Below are positions 41,122-54,624 of a DNA stretch of 64,000 bases, in pieces. Position 1 is the stretch's first letter, and each line of letters starts with the position of its first letter. Both the position numbers and the translations under genes were made by a program. The stretch is from contig OU015568.1 of the NCBI GenBank assembly GCA_907165135.1, forward strand, positions 1,054,001-1,118,000, read 5' to 3'. This DNA comes from Oikopleura dioica (lineage: Eukaryota; Animalia; Chordata). The notes beneath the pieces were generated by a model. That model was not told the DNA's origin, ran no database searches, and saw nothing but the letters and a program-made list of their open reading frames with translations.

Positions 41122-42479
41122 TTATTTTCTGTTGCATGTCCCGGCAATAACTGCATCGGCCATTACAGTCAGTCCTGCCCACATTTCTTCAGCAACTGGT
41201 TTGATTTGATTCGCAGGGAGCAGGAACCCGAATTGACCTTAAAATGAATGAGTCGAATATTTGAACAGAAACTTGCCTTGATCTCGAAGTTCAAGAGCAA
41301 ATGAGCAAGAAATATTGGCCTCATCATAGGCCCAGTCGGCGGAAGAACCGGATGCTTGGTAGATGACATCGTTGATAGTTCCGTATCTCAATTCAAAATG
41401 AGAAAATGTAGAAGAAGATGTCTTACTTGAACTGTTTTCGATGAACAAGGGCAATGGCAATAGCAGCGTCCATCGAAATCGTGTTCAATTTCAGGTTGCT
41501 TTGCGAGTGTTGAATTTTGTATCCGTAAGGATACATCCAATACTGCCCGTAAGCATGGACATCGACGTATGCTCGAACATTTGAAAGAGATTTCAAATGA
41601 TCCGAGGCAGCTTTCGTCTCTGGCTCGGAGAATGCGCTTGGTCCGTAGTACGCTTCATTGCAGGGATTGTTACTTGCACCGGGACATTGCCAGCAAGCAT
41701 CCCAGTTTCGGTTAGGATCGACTCCGATGCAGGTACTCGGGGTGTTATTCGTACTTCGCGTCTTTCGCCACATTCTGCTGCTCTCGAAGGTGTACTCGTA
41801 TCCATCAGGATTCATATTGATGACGATGTGCCACGTGATGTCATTGAGATACTTGGCCTTGAGTCCACCGGCCCGGTATTCATCGACGAGTTGTTTTGCA
41901 AAGTTGACCATGGTGATAGGGCTAATCCACTCACGTGCGTGCGTCCCTCCGTGCATGACGATATGATGCGATCCCTTGCCGATTTTCATTGAGTTTAGTG
42001 GCCGACCCTAGGGAAAAGAGAAAACTAAGCAATCAATACGATCATCTTACCTCAAATGAGCTTCCCAGGTCTTCGATCTCCACGATATCCGCATTTATCT
42101 GCGAAAATTGCCGCTGCCACTCCTGGTAGTCATCGAAGCGATGGTATTGCTCGTAGTCGAAATCGTTGAAATTGTTGAATGGCTGAGCTACACCTCTCAA
42201 ACTCTCTTTCACCAAGTCTTCCACATTTTCAATAAAGATTTCTGAGGAGATCTTCCTTGATTTCAATAGAACTTCAAATCGATCAAGCTCGTTTCTAGGA
42301 ACTCGAATATCAGCAAAATCCTCGAAATTTCGCGGCTCTTTCCAAACATCGAAGCCGTCTGAGAAGGATTCAAAAAAGTTTAACTTTTCTTGCGAGTCTA
42401 TTTTCACGCGAAAAACCTTATCTCCATGATAGTGCTCTCTCGCAAAAGCAGAGGTGAATAAAATGCTACAAAGTTTCAT
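41122..42479 (-). CDS. Carboxypeptidase A/B family (M14A) zymogen
   Basis: Prodomain, YEQYH, HAREWISP, RMWRKTRS, GVDPNRNW, DVHAYGQYWMYPYG, YQASGSSADW, FALELRD. All Zn ligands and the catalytic Glu are present. Confidence 0.95.
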
Positions 42480-43168
42480 CTTGTCCAATGTTGATCATTT
42501 TCTTTTTCACGAAAAGCGAGCAGATGACCTTCTCCCATCGAGTCCAAATTTCGCAATAATTCTTTTGTCTTTGGAAGTCCGCCGAATCGTACTTTCCTAC
42601 AATTTATTTGCCGTCACCTAAAATATGAGACTTATAAACCCTTCAAATTAACGCCATCGCAATCAAAAATGCCCTTTTTTCAACACACAAAAGGAAAACT
42701 AAATAATAAAACTGTCTTGAGAGCACTTTAATTATTGTCTATGACCTCGTGATTCGCCGGGGTCTGTCCGTCTCCCTCTGAATAACTTACTCATTCAAAA
42801 TTCAAACAAAAAGCTATTTACCGATCGATCGGCGAAGGGCAAAAAAGAAATGAAAAATCATTAAAAACAGCAAAAATAAAAAAAAATCCGAAAAAAAATT
42901 GTAATGATCGACGAAAAAGATGAAGAAATCGAACGCCTTCGACAAGAAAACAGCGAACTAAAGCGAGAAATATTCATTCTTCGAAAGCAAGCGCAGGCGA
43001 ACAAGGTTCATGAGCGACGAAAACTCAGACTTTGCTCGATCATGCTTGGAAAAGACAAGAACTTCGATTGATTGGAAATTTTTGTTACTTTGATTTACGG
43101 ATAATTTTGAAAATAAAGACATTTTATAGCATTTTTCGTTTATTCATTTATTCTTGGTTTATCTATTT

Positions 43169-43408
43169 CTAGTGACCATGGTGGTTTTCGCGCTTGTATT
43201 CCTTGTACCCATTCAGCTGATTTTGGTCAGCCACGTGATTTCGGTAGGATGTTATGTAATCGTCCATGATTCCTCGTTTGCCCATGTCGAGCTTGTACTG
43301 AAGGGGTTAAAATGCCTATTCGAATTATTAAGAAAGGCTTACCAGGTCGCTCAAAGTGGAAAACGCATCGGCAAGGGCAAAAAATTCAAGAAGTTTGAGA
43401 AAGTTCAT
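43169..43408 (-). CDS. Small secreted peptide, paralog B
   Basis: MNFLKLLEFFALADAFSTLSDL | GT-AG intron | YKLDMGKRGIMDDYITSYRNHVADQNQLNGYKEYKRENHHGH*. Confidence 0.65.
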
Positions 43409-43687
43409 CGTTTTCAATTCAAGTTATCCTTATTTTTGTGAAGATTTTTGGCAACTGCTCCTTTTTATACGGTTATTTGGATACATTTTGAATTAGATTA
43501 AGTGTCTCTGACAGTATTATGTCGAGCTGCCAACACATCTTGTAGATCGAGTTTTGATCATGTTCTGAAATCATCATCAAGGTGATCATTTTTTGCCAGT
43601 CCTGTCGAAGTAGGGTCACTTTAGGGTCAAGCAACTTTCATGCCAATTCGTACATATATTTTATCATGAGCAGATATATTTCGTCGT

Positions 43688-43944
43688 CTATTTCTTATCT
43701 ATTCCGTACAATGTCTTCTGATCGCTGATGTGATTCCGGTAGGCGTTGATGTAGTCGTCGATGACTCGTCGTTCCGCCATGTCGAACTTGTTGTACATTA
43801 AAGTTTTTAATTTATCGAAGCGATAACCGCTCTTTTGATATTTTTTTATCTCATCTTTTTTGTTCTTACCAAATTGCTCAAGGAAGAGTATGCGTTGACT
43901 CCGAAAAAGCCGAGTATTTGAAAAGCTAAATAAACAAACTTCAT
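43688..43944 (-). CDS. Small secreted peptide, paralog A
   Basis: MKFVYLAFQILGFFGVNAYSSLSNL | intron | (YNK)FDMAERRVIDDYINAYRNHISDQKTLYGIDKK*. Clear similarity to paralog B. Confidence 0.65.
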
Positions 43945-44142
43945 CTTATTTCTTCTTGAGATTCGATTATCTATTCTGTCTTTTATACTGTCTTTTGGGT
44001 GCAATTCGATTAAGATTAATTGCTCTTGAGAGTTTTCGCTTCCAAAGAGAATCGGTTTCAAAAGGAATATCAAATCATTTGAATTGAAAATCACATGATT
44101 AGATATTGATACCGCCAAGTTTAGATGAGGCTGAACTTTATT

Positions 44143-45530
44143 TCAGTGCGAAAAGGGAGAAACATAAAGAGTCACGCATTGTTCAATTTTGTTGTTTCCA
44201 AACCAATGATCTTGAATTCCAACCTAAAACGAGCTAACACATTTTCAAGAAGTAAAAAAGGGACCTCGAATTGTCGATAATCAGTGACGAAGAACTCGCT
44301 GTTCAGATTCGAAGTCCTCCAAGCAATATCGCCAAAATCCGGACTCGAGGGATCTTCATTTGTCGAGCAAAGAGTAAGCAAGACATCCCAGTCTGCGCAG
44401 TAATGATCGTTTATCGAGCTTTTTACATTTCATTTAATGGAATGACTTTTGATGAAACCTGAATTCACGGTCGAGCCCCTGTCGATAATTCTGCCAGATC
44501 ATCTTCGCACCCATTTTCTGGACGACAGGGACGTCGAGGCGAATGTTTTTGGAAGAAAGTCCATATTGACTTTTGATGTGTTCTTGGTAAACTTCCGCTG
44601 ATGCCCCCGCGAATTGATCGATTTTCCGACAGCCATTGTATTTCTGATCGTCGCAGCCTTCCGCGTGTGAGGAGAACCAATGGACGTGTTTCTTGTCGAC
44701 TTTTGGAAGAGGGGATGAGAAAATGAAGTTTTAGAAATCAGACACTTACTTTTGAGCATGTTGCTGACTCGTTGATCAACTTGACTGGCGAACGCGAGGC
44801 GGCCTTGTCGACTTGATTCTACCAAGGAGTTTCGACATGCCCTCCATTTCATATTAAAAATCTTTCTTTTCATTCCTTACCGTGTGCTAGACCCAGCGTT
44901 CGGATTGGTTCGACAACCAGTGTACCATTTATCGAAGCAAGTGTTGTAGTTGACGTCGTTGACGTCATCGATTCCATTGTAATCGCCACAGCCCTCGGAG
45001 TTTGAGTCAAAGACTGCGATGACCCAGCCCTCAAAGCTGTGTAGATTTGACATTGAGTAAGTCAAAAGTTCAGATATTTCAGCATTAGAAATTGACTCTC
45101 GAGGAGCGTCAAGAAGAGGGCGGGCGTAGTTCTCAAAGCTTACAAGGGATAACACTTTATCTTATCAATACACCATAAATGAGATGTTAAAATGAATCTT
45201 TTCACTATTTACAAAAATCTATCAAAGGAAGAGTGAAGAAAAATTATTTTCGATCTGATATTTTCAAAAAAGGTAAGTTGAAGTGAAAACCCTATTTTTG
45301 TGCCAGTCTTCCTTGATATCAATTTGTCGCCTTGTTGGATTTGGAATTTCTTCCTGCTTATCTTGACTCATTTTAATTCATTTTCTTGATGCTAACTTAC
45401 AGTCGGGGACAGTTATGTAATCCTTGATATGCTCCCTGCACCACTTGTAATCTGTTCTCTTTGGACATTCTCTATTGCATGAAATCTGGGCATCAATAAG
45501 GCCAAAAAAGAATGAAGCTAGAATTTTCAT
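44143..45530 (-). CDS. Secreted Cys/Trp-rich protein of unknown function
   Basis: MKILASFFFGLIDA signal; several exons with GT-AG boundaries (CFDKWYTGCRTNP; HWFSSHAEGCDDQKYNGC; HYCADWDVLLTLC). Confidence 0.55.
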
Positions 45531-45664
45531 TTTTTAAGAAATGAGTCGAGAGAGGATAACGTCAGAATTCTGAATCAGAAGCAGCAGATTTTAGAATTCC
45601 CACGAATTTTGAGATAATTTATCTTTATTGGGCCTAAACATGATTTTTCCGCAGAAAAGGTTGC

Positions 45665-46754
45665 TCACAGCTCATCGTGGTAAAGTTGGCCATTGTCGCT
45701 AATGTGTGAGGTCAGAACAGTTTCATAGTTGTCGAGAAACTCTTCGAGGGTGATCACACCATCGTGATCCTTATCAGCGTGATAGATCAGATGGTCAGCT
45801 GTTGCTTCGAAAGAGTTGCTGTCTTCGGGGTCGAAAAGTTCAATCAGCTCTTTGAAATCCAAGGTTCCATCTTTGTCCTCGTCGTAGGCGGTGAAATGTT
45901 CTTGGTTTGACCTTTTGTCCTAAAAGAAAAATGTCAAATTTTTGATGAAAAAGGCTTTTTTACGATTATTCGCCAATTTCAACTCATAAAAAGCCCGTTT
46001 ACCTCTTCGGAAAGACTCGCAAGCTCCAATCCTTGGTACTCGATAAACTCCGCAAAATCGATCTTCTCATTTCTATTCTTGTCGAGCGTCAAGAACATCT
46101 CCTTGTGCCAAAAAATCTTGCCCTTCTTGTCGAATCGTGGAAATTGAAAGGTCTCGAACTCGCTCATATCCAAATCGCCCGACTCATCAAAATCGCAGAA
46201 TTTGAACTTTTCCTTCATGAGCGCGTAGTCGTCGTTGAGATGGTCTTGCAGCTGACCGAGACGGTCGAGGAACTCTTGCTCGGAGATTTTGTCATCGTCG
46301 TCGCTATTGTAGAACGGCCACCAGCGGTCGATTTCTTTACCGATGTAGCGCTGCTCGAGAATTTCGGTCCATCGGGCCAGCTCGACTCGGGATAGGTTTT
46401 CGTTTCCGTCGGTATCTTCAGCATAAAATTATTATATTGGAACGTGAGCCTAGCAACTGGTGTCATAATCTGCCTAATGAATATTAATCAAATATTTTAT
46501 TAGAAAAATAGATCAAATTTGTAGAATAAATATTTCAGTTATGGTTTCTTCCTCTCAAAAACCGAGAATTTTATTTCCTACTTACCAATTTTCAGGAACA
46601 ATCTCTTCAGCGCCTCCTTCTGCTCCCTCGGCACCAAATCATTCAAAATCGTCCTCTCTCTATCCGTCATCGCCCCATCCGAATGCAAATTTGACCCTCC
46701 GACAGAATGTCCCAAGGCTCCAGCAAAACTTCCGATCGCAAAAATTTTCACCAT
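45665..46754 (-). CDS. CREC-family (calumenin/reticulocalbin-like) ER EF-hand protein
   Basis: Signal peptide; multiple EF-hands (DTDGNENLS, DFDESGDLDMSEF, DKNRNEKIDFAEF, DEDKDGTLDFKE, DKDHDGVITLEEF); C-terminal HDEL. Confidence 0.9.
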
Positions 46755-47680
46755 ATTTTCAATTTTGAGAGTTTGGTTTCTTTATTTATCTCTTTGTTGT
46801 TGTGCTTTATTGGGTACTTTGGCCGGGTATAAAAGGATTGAAAGCCACGTCAGTGAATGACCACGGACCGGCGCCCAGCTGATGAAAAAAGGCGCTTTAA
46901 ACAAACAACAACTGACTTAATTGGCCTTGCCAAATTTTTTTTTTGTGAAACAGATTTTTACAAAAAATAGCTTTATATTTATAACTTTATATAAATTATA
47001 AGACAGTAAAAGAACCTAGATTTACAACCGTCTAGTAGCTATCATCAGGGAGTCCCTATTTTTATCAATTGCGACCGCATAGTTTCTTCTCGTGACCAGC
47101 AAGCCACCTTTCTTCTCAAATTCTTTCGTCACTTTGCCCTTTTTGTGAACTGCCAACTCCTGCCAGTTGTTTTCGCACCCAATATAGAAGCAAAAACTCG
47201 CGTGGAAACCTTCTGTTCACGCACTAGAAAGAGAGTAACAGACTCAGAGCAACTCAAAAATGATTATCAAAGGAATTCCATATTTCTACATTTGCAACAA
47301 AGGCGATCAAGTTCCGGCGGCGCTGATACCAGATAAAATGGGAAAATATTACAAAGAGAATTTTTTGGCCTCTCAGCCAGAATTTTACATGCATATGGGT
47401 GCGTTGATAAATTTTTTTCTCTATTAACAACTTTTTTCTAGTGCTGATGGAAGACCTCGGCGGAGACCGCTTCGTCTGGCCTGAAGAACCGAAACAAATC
47501 TGGGTGAATATGGAAAACATAAAAAGACGACTTGAACCCCCGGAATTTGTCGTTACTGACTCTGGAATCCCCCTTTTCGCCGAGTTCCCCTCGATATCAG
47601 ACTCCGACGGAGAGTCATGACTCCTCCTTGTTCATTCCAGAGATATTTACTGTACATACGGATATGATGATAAATAAAGT

Positions 47681-49646
47681 TTATTTAGACTCGTGAGCTT
47701 GTAGCTCGTTTGATTCGTCAGCAATTTTTATCCCAGAGCCTTTATAAAATTGCTCAGCTTCTTCGATTGTCTGCGCTAATGGAGCGTTATTAGTTTCGGG
47801 CAGGAATATCATCAATGTTGCAGAAATGATCCCCATTGCGCCAAAAAGAGTGTAAGGGAACCAGCCAAGCCCGGGCTGAAATTGGAATTTTTACAAAAAA
47901 ACAAAATTGTACTTCTTACTTTATATTGAAGATCAAGAACGAACGGCATGACAATTCCAGCTGCTCGACCAATCATCGATGAAAATCCAACCCCTTTCAG
48001 ATGCTATAAATCTATTACCGTCTCTTTTTGACAGTTCTTCTAGCACATTCCTACAGTTCGAATCTCAGTGGGATAAATTTCCGCAGCGTAAATAAAAATA
48101 TTGTTGAAAACACCCGAGATGCAGAATTTCCCAAGAAATGCCATCCATCGCGCAGTTTCTAGTGCAGCTTTCTCGGCCGTCAATTCATTCAACATCATAA
48201 CCACAAGAACTGCAATGGAGCCAATGTACATCAGAATAACAGTAACTGGCCGCCGTCCAAATTTATCGATGAGCGGGATGCAGATGAAATACGCAAGAGT
48301 TTCTACAGCACCGTTCAATGCATTGTTGACATAGGTACTCCCTCTGAAAAGTGTTTTTACACAAGAAGAGATGCTTCTTATTACGCAAGGGATGAAACGT
48401 TGAAAGATAGCGCGTAATAAACAGTTACTGTAACAGCAAATGCAAGTCCAAGATTAAGAGTTACTAGAAATCATTATTTTTTTCATCCAGGGAATTTTTT
48501 CCTACCTTTTCGAGTAGCAGAAGTCCTGAACAAATCAAGCGGAGACCGTTCAGCCTTCTTTGGCTCTTGAATTTCCTCCAGTTCCTTCACCAAATCCGCT
48601 TGAGAAAGAGTTTCAGATGCAGTCTTTTGCCCGATCTTCCCAATAACTCTGCTCGCGTGTTCATACTTCTTCTTTGCGACCAGAAATCGAGGCGACTCAG
48701 GAAGGAATATCGTCAATATCAACTGCAAAGAACCCATGATGCCAATAGCGAGGGCATGTCCCTGCCAATGAGGAATGAAATACCCGATCAACGAGCTGCC
48801 CATGTATCCAGCACCAAAATAGACATTGATAAAAGAACCGGGAAGCGATCGCTTCGAGGGACCAGTGACTTCAATTCCATACGTCAAAGCGGCTATGTAC
48901 ATGATCGTTCCAGTAATCGTCGCCGAAATCCGAAAGAAGATGAAGGATAATTCATTCTTTATCAGCGCCAATAAAACGTAAGAAATGCTGAAAGCAATCG
49001 TAAATACCCAAATAGCATTTTTCCTTCCGAATCGATCCGAATAAATTCCAGCGAAAAAAGACCCGATTAACTGACCAATAATCGAGGCTGAAATCATGAA
49101 TGTGTCGAAAAGGCTTCTTGAGCAAATTGGCTTGAAATAGGTCGCCGTTGTTTCCCAGTTGTCGGGTCCTTTAGAAAAGATGAGATTCTCATGTCCTTTC
49201 GGGACACCAAGAGCTTCTTTGTTGAAGGAGAAATCGCTGCAGGATGCGTTCTTTTGAACAGTTTGGAGAATATTGTTTTCCAAACAGTTTGAAATCAAGG
49301 AAGAATTTTCAAAACCAACACACTCGGCTGGTATAAAAAAATCGCATTCTGTCGAACATTCGCTAAAGCTCCCAGCGCAGTTTTCTTTTAGAATACTTTC
49401 TCTCTCTTCGAATAATATTTCGGGGTAAAGAATATCGAGTTGAGTTTCGCAGTGAAACTGAGGCCGCCACTGTCCAAAGACGGGGAAAAGGGCGGACAGC
49501 CCGATGACGGTACTCAACCACCCAGCAGCGAGGAATGTCAAGAAGTATTGATACCAGCTATGTATGTTGTCTTAGAAAACTGGGGAAAGAGATCTTTCAA
49601 ACCTGAAATGAGGAAGGTTCTCCCAAATATCATCGAACTTCTTCAT
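47681..49646 (-). CDS. SLC22-family organic cation/anion MFS transporter
   Basis: Large Cys-rich loop after TM1, SDRFGRK, PESPRFL, IDKFGRRP, AAEIYPTEIR, LPET. Confidence 0.9.
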
Positions 49647-50031
49647 TTTCTCTCCCTATTTTTTCGCTCTTTGACAAGTCTTGTCAAGCTGAAGATAAAA
49701 GAATAGAACCTCAGGGCCAGTTTTCAACTTTCAAGGGCCGGAACAGAGATTTTTATGTAACCGATGTTTTTGTATAGAAAGGAGGAAGCGCCGTAAGTTG
49801 TTAACCAAATACCCTACCGCCGCGGTTTTTCAAGATTTGAGCGAACGTGAACTCAATACATCGAAGTTCTATAGAACTTTTTTTATTGAATGATCGTTTA
49901 TGTACAGTTATAAATCGAACTACCTTTATCGGCATTTTTAATTGTTCTTTTCTTAGTTTACAGAGTTGGGCAAAGTTTGATAGAGAAATATTTTTTGGCT
50001 TTATATAAAATTATTTCTTCTTGATTTTCGA

Positions 50032-51600
50032 TTACTGAGATGATTCACCAGTGATTTTCAGATGATCTTGCTCGATGTCTTGGATCTCCTCGGGCGTGAA
50101 AAATGTCTCCTTCTGAATGTCTTCTGGCGCTTCTGCTGGGCACTGGCCCGCGGGCATGACGACGCCTTCATCAGAACAGCATTGGCGGATTTGATGGTAG
50201 GCGGTCATCAGGTTTTGGGCACTAGAACTCTGATTATTGACCGGCAAAAGAGGAAATCTTTACCGATTGTAGCAGCAGGTAACATCTTCAACTTGGAGAA
50301 GCGTGGCACTCTCGCAGTCTCGTGGGTCAGTGGTAAGTTCGGAATCTGCTGAGGGAATTTCGAGAGACCTCAAAGTGCTCACGAAATTCCTATCGCATTC
50401 GCAAATGGCCCGTTCGACCGAACCGTATTCGTTGGCTGAATAAATTATTTTAATTTGTATTTTAAACAGAAACAATTAAATTGGGATAAATACGCATCAT
50501 CAACCGGGTGCTACTCATTTCAAGGACAGATCGAAAGAAGTAAATTTTCAAAATTGACGATGTTTTGAAAAAATCAGAACAGTTATGGTTTTTTGGTAGA
50601 CAACCATAATATCATGGAAAAATATTCCCGTTTTATAATAATTATCCGTTTCGTTACATCATAAAATATTTCCGAAATGAAAAAAGGGTCAGCCAGAGTG
50701 GCGCGCCCAGCGCAAAATTACCGCGCGCTCCGGGAGGTGGCGCTCGTACGAGGTCGCGCGGGAAGCGAAATGAGTTCTCATGATAAGTTCAAATTCAATA
50801 TGTTATAATAATAAAATGAATTTGTTAGAATTGAAAATTTTAAAATGCCCTTACAGCAAATTTCTGTTTCCAATTCGAAATTGTAGAACACTTTTTCGTC
50901 ATTTTCAAATTCGTGGTTTGAGCATCTTCTGCACAATTTCCAGCCATTGATTGCGTCGTTTACTGGGTCTGATGCGGGTCTAGCGTTTGTTTGAAGAGTT
51001 CGGAAGATGTCGAGTGTGTGGACTCCATTACAAGCGTAGTAGTGGAGTTTCATGTGCGATTCGGGAAGGTAGTGGTAAAGCATCGTGTAAATATCTGAGA
51101 CGTCGTTGGAGCTGAAAAAGGAGCGTTACGAAAATTCAAGTAATGAAAATTTAACGTGATAAAATGCTAAGCCACGCGATAATCTTTCATCGATCATATT
51201 TGTATAGTAATATCTCCTCGAGTAATCGATTACTCGCAAATTTCAGAAAGTGTCCTCTAAAATTTTTCCAGAGAAAGAAATTCTAGAGCGAATTCTGGTG
51301 CCAGAAGAGCAAGGAGGATTTTGAAAATTTGCTTAATTTTATCCGCACCGGAGTAAAAATGACTTCCGAAAAGGATTTTTGGTCAGAGGTTGCAAAAACT
51401 GAGACTTACTAGTCCATTTCTCCATAATCAAACTGAGCAGTCAGATATTTCGCCGAAGTCGTACTCTCATCGCTAACAGCCGTCACTCTAACATCCTCGA
51501 CAGGAATGTAGTCGTTGATTTCTGTGCTGATTCCGAACGGCAAAATGTTCCAGTTCTTCAATTCTGTTGGACAGTCTTCGACGGAATAAGTGAAGAATCG
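50032..51600 (-). CDS. Degenerate PLA2-like domain protein (5' end unresolved)
   Basis: HYYACNG...ASDPVNDAINGWKLCRRC...RAICECDRNFV...CCYN. PLA2-like Cys pattern with WK in place of the catalytic HD. Confidence 0.6.
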
Positions 51601-52661
51601 TGGCTGGCCTAAAAGGAAGACGGAATTAGTAAATGTTTAATGCGGATTTGATCATCAATTGGACGGTGTATATTTTCGCATAAAATAAAAGATTCTAGCG
51701 CCGTAAAACTTTTGATAGCGACAAAAGTTTGTCCTTCAAACATGTTAACAAGCCCGGAGCAGGTACCAGCTCCTGTTTTATGTTTGAACTGCAAATAATT
51801 TATTAAATTTAGAAGCACTTCAAGTACTCAACCATGATCGAATTATCAATCGCATTATCAAAATTTGTTCACATGAGCTTATAAACACGTTAATTTGTAG
51901 AGAAAAATAGGTAAAATGAGGAATTTGTCTTGAAAACACAATTTTTGAGCGACAAAATTTGGGTTAGGGCTTTCTCAAAGCTCATTGACCTGTAAGCCGA
52001 ATAAGAGCTTTTGATTGGCTCAAATCTTGAATAATAATTAACGATTTTTAGTGATGATTTCTTTGTAAAATTATCCCCAACCCAAATTTACTGAAAAAAT
52101 TTATACCAAAAACATAGCCCTAGCCTTAACCCTAACCTATTGAGTGTAAAAATTTTAAAAAGAATCTTTTAAAATTTAAGTTGCCATGTGAACCTTTTCC
52201 AAGCTTATTAAATTTTCAACCCGCTAAAACGTAGTACAAAAACCCTAAGATAAGGGATTATTCTCTTATCAAAACATTTCCCATTGAACCATCTTTCCCA
52301 GGCCGCGAAATTTCGATCCTTCTACATCCACTCCGCACTTGGGCGAAATTTGTATTAAGCGGATAAAGAAGAGTCTAAAAAACTAACGTGGAGGCGATAA
52401 GAGCGCTGTTTGGCGAAGGTGTCAAAATTTTGTCAATGTTTAATTTGGCGCCTTTTTTATCGGAAAAAGAGCAGGCCTGTTAGAAATTAAAACTCGGGAA
52501 TTCGGATGACATGGAATTTGAGAGGGAGGGAAACTGAAAAGATAACATCGAGTTAACATAAAGTGATAAGAAATTATATCAATCGTGATAACTCATGTCA
52601 AAGGGGTGGAAAATTTAATGCAATTCGATTTCGAAGTAGTTCAAGTTTTTTCGAAGAAATT

Positions 52662-52879
52662 GCGTATTGATGCCCTTATTAAAGTTTGCGAAAAAAGCTG
52701 AATCTTGTTCAAATCTACAAAGTTAATCCGAATAAGGGTGTCACCATGTTTCTTTCGGATTAAGTCTTTTATTGAGATTTCCCTGGAATTGAAGAAGTGA
52801 CACCCTTATTTGTATATTTTATGATTTTGATAAAATTTTCGCATTATTTTTGTTAGCTTTTTTAAGGGTATCAATACGC
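52662..52879. mobile_element. Small MITE-like inverted-repeat element
   Basis: GCGTATTGATGCCCTTATTAAAG versus the reverse complement of the right end, GCGTATTGATACCCTTAAAAAAG. Inner inverted repeat AATAAGGGTGTCAC / GTGACACCCTTATT. Confidence 0.65.
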
Positions 52880-54624
52880 TATTTTGTCGAAAAAAGCTTC
52901 AAATTCTGAAAAATTCATCATCTAGCTATCATTACCTGGCTGGTTTGTGAGAACCCAAGCGGATCCACCAAAAATGTCATCGACATACTGTAGCCTCACT
53001 GAAGTACTTTGGCCTCTACTTTTAGTCCAAACCTGTTTCCCCGCGATTTCATGATCTTCATCAAGCTCGTAAACGCCGTTAAAATGGCCCTGTGGCTTTT
53101 CATTGCCCAAATGGTTGATGGCAGAGTACAGGTTGGTTCCGGCGACTTGGATTTTTTGAAGATTGCAGTTTGTGGCGGCCTCTAGAATAAAAGAAATAAG
53201 GATTTGAAAGTGCGGAAAAATCAAGAAAGACGCGCCGTCGCTCAAATTTGATCAAAATCAAGCGAAAATTTCAAAGTGGATCGGCGAAAAAACGTCGTTA
53301 AAATCGTAATTGAATTTTTCACTTGATCTGGATTTTGTAAAAGTGGATTTTTGAAATGTGCTTTGAAACCGCCTCCTCGTGTCGGGCGCGATCTTAAAGC
53401 ACGTCAAGGGCAAAGAGGAGACTGCTGCCAGATTTTTGCGTGATAGTTTTGAGGTAATAAGGTCGGGTCGTGAAATGGGATGCACAGACGTTTTAGAAGG
53501 ATGGATAGTTTCTGATGGAAATGGCCGAGAAAAAGATTTAGTGTCCTTTTTCTCATTTTTAAGAAAAATACTTTATCTGATGAAAACGTAGCTTCTGCGT
53601 CAGAAATAAGCAGCACGGAGCCGTAAAGAATACATTTTTCTTGCCCAAAAGCTGTTTTCTAATCCAGTCTTTTCTCAACCTTTTTTAGGCAAGCAAAAAT
53701 AAAGTGGAAAAAAAGGTTTGTCTTTTAATGAGGTTAATGACTGTTCAAAACGACGCCAGAGAAAAAGACTGATTTGCAAGTTTCGAAGATAAATTGCTTG
53801 CAAAAGAAAAAAATCTGGCTTTTTTGAAGCTAGAATTTCTTTGAATGGATAAGACCTTTTGTCTTTTTCGCTCGAAATTTTCCTTAAAATTTGGGATTGC
53901 CAAGTTGTCTAATAGAAAAGAAGGTGGTTGGAAAGAAGCTCCGCCGTCATTTGAAATTGGCAGTTCGGATCGAGATTAGGCTGACTGTGTACCAAATAGC
54001 TCGTAAAATTGATTTGCGACGATGATTTGAGGGATTAGAGCGGCGGAACACGTTTTGGACTGTCTTGTAGAAGGCGCGCCGTTTTTGCGACGGAATAACA
54101 AGGTCAATCTCGCTGACTTTCAAAAACTCTTGTTTTCAGAAAAAATTTCATTTTTAGAAGCAGAAAAAAAACCAAAAAAGCTACAAAACATTTGCATGAA
54201 AAAGCTTTTTGAAACGGATAATGTTAGACCAATCAGATTTGAGAATAATTCAGGTCGGCCAATCAAAATCCAGAAAAAATTCGAAAAAAAACTTATTTCT
54301 TTTTTCTATCGAGACGGTCCAAATTATGAAGAAGATTTTCCTTTTTTCTCTAGTTTTTTCAATCTTTAACGAACCTGCAATAGACAGTAAAACAGCAGAA
54401 GTCTTCATATTTACTCTCTTATCAAATGATCGAAAAAAAAACAGGAAATACAAAAGTAATATAAAAAAGTAAGAATCTTCGTTAGCGCGCGGGAGCCTCA
54501 ACGTTGGTGGAGCTTTGCGGGTCAAGAAAATTCTAGCGCCACTCCGCCACCACTTTTGCGCGGCACTTGCGCTCGAGAAGGCTTTTTTCACTGCGTATTT
54601 TTGCCTCTTACGAATTGGAGTTAA

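Noticed and set aside
50150-50180. CTGATGAAGGC on the minus strand, like the hammerhead 5' core
   Set aside because: No downstream GCC-GAAA, and it lies in an open reading frame (CCSDEGVV).
50690-50770. Isolated GC-rich island inside an intron
   Set aside because: No TIR, TSD or second copy visible.
51219-51236. Perfect 18-bp palindrome; similar isolated ones at 2183-2199, about 4300-4318 and 35762-35777
   Set aside because: Single hairpins of this size are expected a few times by chance and are not chained like the reported scars.
51955-52140. TTAGGG/CCCTAA-like words and an 11-bp inverted repeat
   Set aside because: Only one or two units; not a telomeric array and no definable element ends.
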